A program made the translations under genes and the position numbers. The notes beneath the pieces are model-generated. The model searched no databases, was not told where the DNA came from, and worked only from the letters and a program-made list of their open reading frames with translations. A DNA stretch of 24,000 nt from an uncultured Chlorobiaceae bacterium (GTDB lineage Bacteria > Bacteroidota > Ignavibacteria > UBA10030 > SZUA-254), in assembly GCA_964354225.1 (NCBI GenBank), contig CAYGZC010000210.1:3823-27822 (forward strand), given 5' to 3'. Positions 18,821 to 24,000 of the stretch are shown in pieces (the first letter of the stretch is position 1; every line of letters begins with the position of its first letter).

Positions 18821-19954
18821 ATGAGTTGGTCATCTATTATCAATCAATCGCGTGTCAAAGAACTTTTAATCAATTCGCTTAAACGTGAACGGCTGGCACA
18901 TGCTTATTTATTTTCTGGTTCCGAGGGAGTCGGAAAATATGCAATGGCGATTGAATTGGCAAAAGTCGTAAATTGTGAGAAGCGTGGTACCGAGAGCTGT
19001 GGTGCATGTCCGAGTTGCTTAAAGTTTAATACCTTGCAGAATCCCAATGTCAAACTCATACATTCACTTCCGGTCGGCAAGAACGAAAAAGCTGGTGAAA
19101 ATCCTCTCGAAAAAATATCGGATGATGAAATTCATTTGATCCAAGAGCAACTAAATCTTAAAGCCCAAAATCCCTATCATCCTATCGTAATCCCAAGGGT
19201 GAACAATATCAAGGTGAACAGCATTAGAGAAATTCGCAGGGCATCCTCACTGAGTGCATTCGATAGCGGTAAAAAGGTTTTTATCATTATCGATGCTGAG
19301 AGCATGAATGATGAGGCATCGAATGCACTTTTGAAGACACTTGAAGAACCACATGCGAACACGCTGCTTATCCTTACGACATCACGGCCTGATTCATTAT
19401 TGACAACGATAACATCACGCTGTCAGCACATTCGGTTTGATCCACTTAGCGACAGAACAATCGCCGAAGCACTTATTGAGCAAAAATCGATAGATACAGA
19501 TCGAGCCAAAGCGATTGCTCGCTTATCGAATGGCAGTTACTCCCGTGCATTGCAGTATATGGATACATTCCATTTTGATCGTCAGAAATTTGCGATCGAG
19601 TTTCTTCGGACACTGCTCTTTAAATCGCATAAAATTCTTTTTAGTGAGATTGATAAAATTATTACTGAGTATCAAAAACCCGAAATACGGGATCTGCTGC
19701 GTTTGATGCAGCAGTGGCTACATGATGCGATGTTACTCCAACAGGGAGTTAACAGTGAATTTACCGACCAGATTGATGAATCGCAGAAAAAATTTATTTC
19801 CTATTATTCTAACTGGAATTACACTTCTGCATGTGAATCAATCGAGCGGGCAGTTTCGCTTTTCGATAAAAATGTTTATATTCCGCTTATATTATTAAAC
19901 CTTAGCATCGAGCTAAAAGGGCATATCGGTGCTTCATCGACCGTCAATTCATAG
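18821..19954 (+). CDS. holB: DNA polymerase III subunit delta prime
   Basis: RLAHAYLFSGSEGVGK (degenerate P-loop), the Zn module CEKRGTESCGACPSCLK, LLKTLEEP and the SRC motif (ITSRCQHIRF). Confidence 0.9.
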   Translation: MSWSSIINQSRVKELLINSLKRERLAHAYLFSGSEGVGKYAMAIELAKVVNCEKRGTESCGACPSCLKFNTLQNPNVKLIHSLPVGKNEKAGENPLEKISDDEIHLIQEQLNLKAQNPYHPIVIPRVNNIKVNSIREIRRASSLSAFDSGKKVFIIIDAESMNDEASNALLKTLEEPHANTLLILTTSRPDSLLTTITSRCQHIRFDPLSDRTIAEALIEQKSIDTDRAKAIARLSNGSYSRALQYMDTFHFDRQKFAIEFLRTLLFKSHKILFSEIDKIITEYQKPEIRDLLRLMQQWLHDAMLLQQGVNSEFTDQIDESQKKFISYYSNWNYTSACESIERAVSLFDKNVYIPLILLNLSIELKGHIGASSTVNS

Positions 19955-19998
19955 ATGAAATATCCTGCACCGATCAATCATTGATTGAAAGGAAAATA

Positions 19999-22065
19999 GT
20001 GAAGAAAGAGTTCAAGCGTATTCTTGTTACGGCGGCATTACCGTACGCCAATGGTAAAATCCATCTCGGGCATCTAGCTGGTGCATATTTACCTGCCGAC
20101 ATTTATGTGCGGTACCAGCGCTCGATGAAACGAGATATCATTTTTATCTGCGGTTCGGATGAGCACGGTGTTCCGATCATGATAACTGCCGATCAAGAAA
20201 AAACTACACCTCAAGCCGTTGTTGATAGGTATCACGCACTTAACAAATCGGCATTCGATAAATTTGGGATGAGTTTTGATAATTATTCCCGAACTTCACT
20301 TCCGATGCATCACAAAACAGCAAAAGAGATTTTTTTAAAGCTTCATGGCTCCAAAATCTTGAAGGAAAAAAAAGAGAAACAGCTTTACGATGGAAAGGCA
20401 AATATGTTCCTGCCCGACCGTTACGTTGAAGGAACATGCCCGGTATGCAGCAACCCTGATGCCCGCGGCGACCAGTGCGAAAAATGTGGAACGTTTCTTA
20501 ATCCCACAGAATTAATAAATCCGAGAAGTAAAATAACGGGTGAAATTCCGACTGTTCGGGAAACAACTCATCTTTATTTCCCATTAGGAGATTATCAAAA
20601 AAAGTTGGAGGTATATGTTAATTCTGCAAGTGAGCGTGACGGTTGGAAAGAAAACGTCCTTCGATACTGCCGCAGCTGGTTTAAAGAAGGATTACAGGAT
20701 CGTGCAGTAACGCGCGATCTTCAGTGGGGAGTAAGAGTTCCACTCGAAGGTTTCGAGAATAAAGTATTGTATGTTTGGTTTGATGCTGTACTGGGATATA
20801 TCTCATCAACAAAAGAATGGTCGGCAAGAATCGGTCAACCGGATCGGTGGAAGGATTACTGGCTCGATCAATCCACGAAGTATGTCGCGTTCATCGGGAA
20901 AGATAATGTGGTGTTTCACTGCATCGTTTTTCCCTCGATGCTTATGGCGTGGAATGAGAATAGTTCTGAAAAATATATCCTGCCGGAAAATGTTCCTGCA
21001 AACGAATTCCTGAACTTTGAAGGGCAGAAATTTTCAAAGAGCCGCGGCTGGGGAATTGATGTTGATGAATTCCTCGAAGAATTTCCCGCCGATGCGCTCA
21101 GGTACACTTTGACGATGAACCTTCCGGAAGCCCGTGATGCCGATTTCTATTGGAAAGATTTTCAGGCACGCAACAACAACGAGCTTGCAGATATCCTCGG
21201 GAATTTTATCAATCGAACGCTAACCTTTGTACACAAAAATTTCAACGGTACGGTGCCTGCACTTGGTACATCGCAAAAGATTGACATGGAGTTAATTTCG
21301 CAGTTAAAATCCGTTGCCTTAACATCGGGAGAATTGTTTGAGAAATATCGATTCAAAGATGCGACACTTGAAATCATGAACTTGGCTCGTTATGCAAATA
21401 AGTATTTCAATGATAGTGAGCCGTGGAAAACTTTAAAGGATAATCCTGCACACTGTGCAACAACTCTCAATCTTTGTCTGCAGGTTGCCCGCTCTTTGGC
21501 GATTCTATTCGAGCCGATCCTACCCTTCGCATCGGTAAAATTAAAAAATATGTTAAACCTTGCTCATACTTCCAGTGAAGCCGACTGGTTGAGTGCTGGT
21601 GAATTATTACTAAAAGACGGTCATCCGCTCGGCAGGGCTGAAATCCTCTTCGCTAAAATTGAAGATGAGGTCATACAGAAGTATATTCAAAAGCTTCCCA
21701 CCCAAACTCCAGCATCTACTGAACCAATGAAGTTCAAGCCAACGATTACCATTGATGATTTCCAAAAAATCGACTTCCGGATCGCTAAAGTCCTTCAGGC
21801 AGAACGAGTCCCCAAATCCGAGAAATTAGTCAAATTACAGGTCAAAATTGGAACCGAACAACGGCAGATAGTGGCAGGTATCGCCCAGCATTACAAGACG
21901 GAAGATCTGGTTGGCAGGAAGATAGTTGTGGTAGCAAACTTGACGCCGGCAAAGCTGATGGGTCAGGAATCCAACGGGATGCTTTTGGCTGCATCGAACG
22001 CAGACGCTAAGCTTACCATCATTGTCCCTCAGCATGATATCGACGAGGGAAGCGTTGTAAAATAA
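19999..22065 (+). CDS. metG: Methionine--tRNA ligase with C-terminal Trbp111/EMAPII-like tRNA-binding domain
   Basis: The HIGH region is PYANGKIHLGHL. The zinc knuckle is CPVCSNPDARGDQCEKCG. KMSKS appears as KFSKSRG. The C-terminal domain is FRIAKVLQAERVPKSEKLVKLQVKIG...VVVANLTPAKLMG. The start is ambiguous: GTG 19999 lies behind GAAAGGA, or in-frame TTG 19981 as in the ORF track. Confidence 0.95.
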   Translation: MKKEFKRILVTAALPYANGKIHLGHLAGAYLPADIYVRYQRSMKRDIIFICGSDEHGVPIMITADQEKTTPQAVVDRYHALNKSAFDKFGMSFDNYSRTSLPMHHKTAKEIFLKLHGSKILKEKKEKQLYDGKANMFLPDRYVEGTCPVCSNPDARGDQCEKCGTFLNPTELINPRSKITGEIPTVRETTHLYFPLGDYQKKLEVYVNSASERDGWKENVLRYCRSWFKEGLQDRAVTRDLQWGVRVPLEGFENKVLYVWFDAVLGYISSTKEWSARIGQPDRWKDYWLDQSTKYVAFIGKDNVVFHCIVFPSMLMAWNENSSEKYILPENVPANEFLNFEGQKFSKSRGWGIDVDEFLEEFPADALRYTLTMNLPEARDADFYWKDFQARNNNELADILGNFINRTLTFVHKNFNGTVPALGTSQKIDMELISQLKSVALTSGELFEKYRFKDATLEIMNLARYANKYFNDSEPWKTLKDNPAHCATTLNLCLQVARSLAILFEPILPFASVKLKNMLNLAHTSSEADWLSAGELLLKDGHPLGRAEILFAKIEDEVIQKYIQKLPTQTPASTEPMKFKPTITIDDFQKIDFRIAKVLQAERVPKSEKLVKLQVKIGTEQRQIVAGIAQHYKTEDLVGRKIVVVANLTPAKLMGQESNGMLLAASNADAKLTIIVPQHDIDEGSVVK

Positions 22066-22097
22066 TTGAGAAAAATGAGAAAAGTTGTCCTCAGCTA

Positions 22098-22126
22098 TTG
22101 ACAAAGTTAAAAGAATTTCGTAATAT
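22098..22126 (+). promoter_or_regulatory. Near-consensus sigma70-type promoter for the S1 peptidase gene
   Basis: TTGACA (22098-22103), exactly 17 nt, then TAATAT (22121-22126). It sits 32 nt after the metG stop and ~130 nt upstream of ATG 22257. Confidence 0.6.
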
Positions 22127-22256
22127 TGCACATACTAAAATAGTGAATTGAGGGCTCGTGAGAAGTGCCCGCATAGTTCTGATCAATATTTAATAATCAC
22201 AAAAAAATAACAATCCTAATTCACTAACATAATCACTAAATTAAAGGAGGGATTTT

Positions 22257-23390
22257 ATGCGAAATCCTTTTCTTAAAATATCTTGGTTTGTAGTAGCGAT
22301 ACTCGCTATCTCTCTTTCTGTGTTCTGGTATGGATGCCAGAGCGATAAGAATGATTCAGTAAGTGTCGGACCGCAAATTCAGGCACCATCTTTCGCAAAG
22401 TTAAGTACCGATGATCCGGCAGTTCAATCTGTCATGGCAGTGCAGAATAAACACACTGCAAAATTAATGACTGATAAAAACATTGTTGGGACAGCAACCG
22501 GATTAACTGAAGATGGTAGATTAGCTATTCTTGTTTTCCTTAAAGAAGGTCCCGGCTCGCCAAAGGGCGTACGTGTAACTTCTTCTATTATCCCGACCGA
22601 TCTTGACGGTGTTCCTGTTATCACAGAAGTAACAGGTGAGTTCAGAGCAATGAAGAGCACCGCTGTCAGTCATACTGCCAAGCAAACCCCACCGATTCAG
22701 CTTGGTACATCTGGCGGCTGGCGTTATGATTTAGCCAATGGATATTGCTGCGGCGGTACAATTGGTTCTCTCATCAAAAAGGGAACCACGCAATATGTTC
22801 TCAGCAACTATCACGTATTCTGGGGTGATATTGTTGCGGGTGGTAACGGCAGAGTGGCAACAGCAGGTGATCCGGTTATTCAACCGGGTTTAATTGATGT
22901 TGGATGCAATGCTGCAAATGCACAGAACGTTGCCAATCTTTCTGGTTCTGGAAGTTTACCGGGCAATAATGTTGATGCCGGTTATGCTCAGGTAATACCC
23001 GGCATGGTGCGCACCGACGGCGCTATTCTTGAGGTTGGAACCATTTCTGCAAGTACAGTTGCTGCAACCATTGGCCAAAAGGTGAAGAAGAGCGGGCGAA
23101 CAAGTGGTTTGACGCGCACAACAGTGTATGCCATCAACGGTACGGTGACCATTCAATACGAAACCGAATGTGCCGGTGCCCCCGCATTCACGCAGACATT
23201 CACCAATCAGGTTATACTCAATGGCGGCAGATTCATCCAATCCGGCGATTCAGGATCGTTGATGGTTGAAGATGTCACGACAAATCCCAAGGCAGTCGGT
23301 CTTTGCTTTGCAGGCAGCTCGAAATACGGTATAGCGAACCGGATCAATGAAGTGCTTGCGTGGGCTGGTGCCACGATGGTTGGTAACTAA
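22257..23390 (+). CDS. Secreted or lipoprotein chymotrypsin-fold (S1) serine peptidase with N-terminal pro-like domain
   Basis: Strong SD AAAGGAGGG. Signal peptide with a lipobox-like VFWYGC (Cys27). A catalytic triad can be placed: His186 in VLSNYHV, Asp240 in NNVDAGYA and Ser332 in SGDSGSL. GTSGG and GGTIGSLI precede the His, as in Trypsin_2/Nal1-like bacterial S1 peptidases. Residues ~55-133 form a separate domain that recurs in the next gene. Confidence 0.85.
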   Translation: MRNPFLKISWFVVAILAISLSVFWYGCQSDKNDSVSVGPQIQAPSFAKLSTDDPAVQSVMAVQNKHTAKLMTDKNIVGTATGLTEDGRLAILVFLKEGPGSPKGVRVTSSIIPTDLDGVPVITEVTGEFRAMKSTAVSHTAKQTPPIQLGTSGGWRYDLANGYCCGGTIGSLIKKGTTQYVLSNYHVFWGDIVAGGNGRVATAGDPVIQPGLIDVGCNAANAQNVANLSGSGSLPGNNVDAGYAQVIPGMVRTDGAILEVGTISASTVAATIGQKVKKSGRTSGLTRTTVYAINGTVTIQYETECAGAPAFTQTFTNQVILNGGRFIQSGDSGSLMVEDVTTNPKAVGLCFAGSSKYGIANRINEVLAWAGATMVGN

Positions 23391-23434
23391 TATTTTAAAA
23401 CCATAAACCAAGATTGGGAGTTTATGTAGATATA

Positions 23435-23482
23435 AGCACTCACTTCAAACGGAAACGATGCGGTGAGTGCTTTTTATTTTTT
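23435..23482 (+). terminator. Rho-independent terminator after the S1 peptidase gene
   Basis: AGCACTCAC (23435-23443) pairs perfectly with GTGAGTGCT (23463-23471), followed by TTTTTATTTTTT. Confidence 0.8.
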
Positions 23483-23500
23483 AATATGATGAGATGACTG

Positions 23501-23824
23501 ATGAAATATTTTTTTGTAATATTGCTATGTGTATCTTTTGGCATAATAATTTTTGATTGCAGCAATGGTGAGAGACATAATGGTGAAGGGAAGACGACGA
23601 TGAAAGTCCGCGATATCAATGAAGTAAAGGAAGACCACACGAAAGAACTGATGGCGATCCACGGTGTTGTAGGTGTTGCTATCGGTGCCTACGATGATGG
23701 CACAAAGTGTATTAGTGTAATGGTTGATACGCTGACGCCTGAGATTGAAAAGAAAATCCCCAAAACGCTTGAGGGACATCCCGTGAGAATTGATGAGTCA
23801 GGAGTGTTTAAGCCATTGAAATAA
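23501..23824 (+). CDS. Small putative lipoprotein, free-standing paralogue of the peptidase N-terminal pro-like domain
   Basis: Hydrophobic N-terminus MKYFFVILLCVSFGIIIFDC. Residues 42-107 align by eye with peptidase residues 62-133 (HT..LM...VVG.A.G..DG..I.V.V....IP..L.G.PV...E.G.F...K). This homology supports the + strand over the two overlapping minus-strand ORFs. An internal start at ATG 23600 would remove the signal peptide and cannot be excluded. Confidence 0.75.
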   Translation: MKYFFVILLCVSFGIIIFDCSNGERHNGEGKTTMKVRDINEVKEDHTKELMAIHGVVGVAIGAYDDGTKCISVMVDTLTPEIEKKIPKTLEGHPVRIDESGVFKPLK

Positions 23825-23837
23825 TTTATGGCGGATT

Positions 23838-24000
23838 ATGCATAAGCAAATAATGAAACAGATTGTACCCCAAGAAATTATTGAAAAACGTATCTTTCTG
23901 ATACGTGGTTGTAAAATAATGCTGAGCTTACATATAGCAGAATTATATGGAGTTGAGACTCGAGTGCTTAACCAGGCAGTTAAGCGTAATCGCTCCCGTT
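23838..24000 (+). CDS. ORF6N domain protein (KilA-N-related DNA-binding domain), 5' part; continues beyond the window
   Basis: MHKQIMKQIVPQEIIEKRIFLIRGCKIMLSLHIAELYGVETRVLNQAVKRNRSR matches the typical ORF6N N-terminus (I-Y-x-IRG-x-x-VMLD-x-DLAELYGVETK-x-L-x-x-x-V-x-RN-x-x-RF). The start is ATG 23838 or 23853. The reading frame is still open at the window edge. Confidence 0.85.
   Translation, partial: MHKQIMKQIVPQEIIEKRIFLIRGCKIMLSLHIAELYGVETRVLNQAVKRNRSR

Noticed and set aside
22257-23390. Impression that the peptidase gene is more GC-rich than its surroundings, which would suggest horizontal acquisition.
   Set aside because: Hand counts of single 60-nt lines gave ~50% GC in the peptidase gene, but also ~52% in a metG line. 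No compositional shift can be claimed without a proper sliding-window calculation.
23440-23779. Two minus-strand ORFs (23440-23640 and 23525-23779) overlapping the small + strand gene.
   Set aside because: The + strand product is clearly homologous to the N-terminal domain of the adjacent peptidase and has a signal peptide. The minus-strand translations have neither.
1-24000. Search for tRNA, rRNA, CRISPR repeats, IS or transposase genes, integrase-flanked att repeats, and toxin-antitoxin or known defence genes.
   Set aside because: No T-loop or acceptor-like structure was seen in intergenic DNA; the GGTTCGAG at 9796-9803 is inside a CDS. There are no regularly spaced repeats and no transposase-like ORFs. 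The only recombinase is a housekeeping-type XerC/D next to topA.

Overview
All supportable genes are on the + strand, and about 22 kb of the window is ordinary core-genome content. In order: the 3' part of lysS, a CarboxypepD_reg-type TonB-dependent receptor, a Cys-rich lipoprotein, a DUF2279-like protein, a GT2 glycosyltransferase, an S41 C-terminal processing peptidase, a DUF3108-like protein, an MBL-fold hydrolase, a cold-shock protein, an unknown 154-aa ORF coupled to ybeY, topA, a XerC/D recombinase, a short hpf coupled to hprK, an M23 peptidase, DUF2795, an Omp85/BamA-family protein, holB and metG. Gene content suggests an FCB-group genome (Ignavibacteria/Bacteroidota-like), including the GYRDK YbeY motif variant; this is inference only. 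Four intergenic regions carry near-consensus sigma70-type promoters (TTGAC[A/T], 17 bp, TA-rich -10), and three clear hairpin-plus-T-tract terminators are visible. I found no rRNA, tRNA, CRISPR array, IS element or long repeat by eye. The only part that looks accessory is the last ~2 kb after metG. It holds a lipoprotein chymotrypsin-fold (S1) serine peptidase with its own promoter, a ~120-nt repeat-containing leader and its own terminator. Next comes a 107-aa lipoprotein that is a free-standing paralogue of the peptidase's N-terminal pro-like domain. Last is the 5' end of an ORF6N (KilA-N-related, phage or island-associated) gene that runs off the window. The peptidase plus pro-domain paralogue pair is my best candidate for something undescribed, but its function is only inferred. 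Everything else is housekeeping with minor curiosities.
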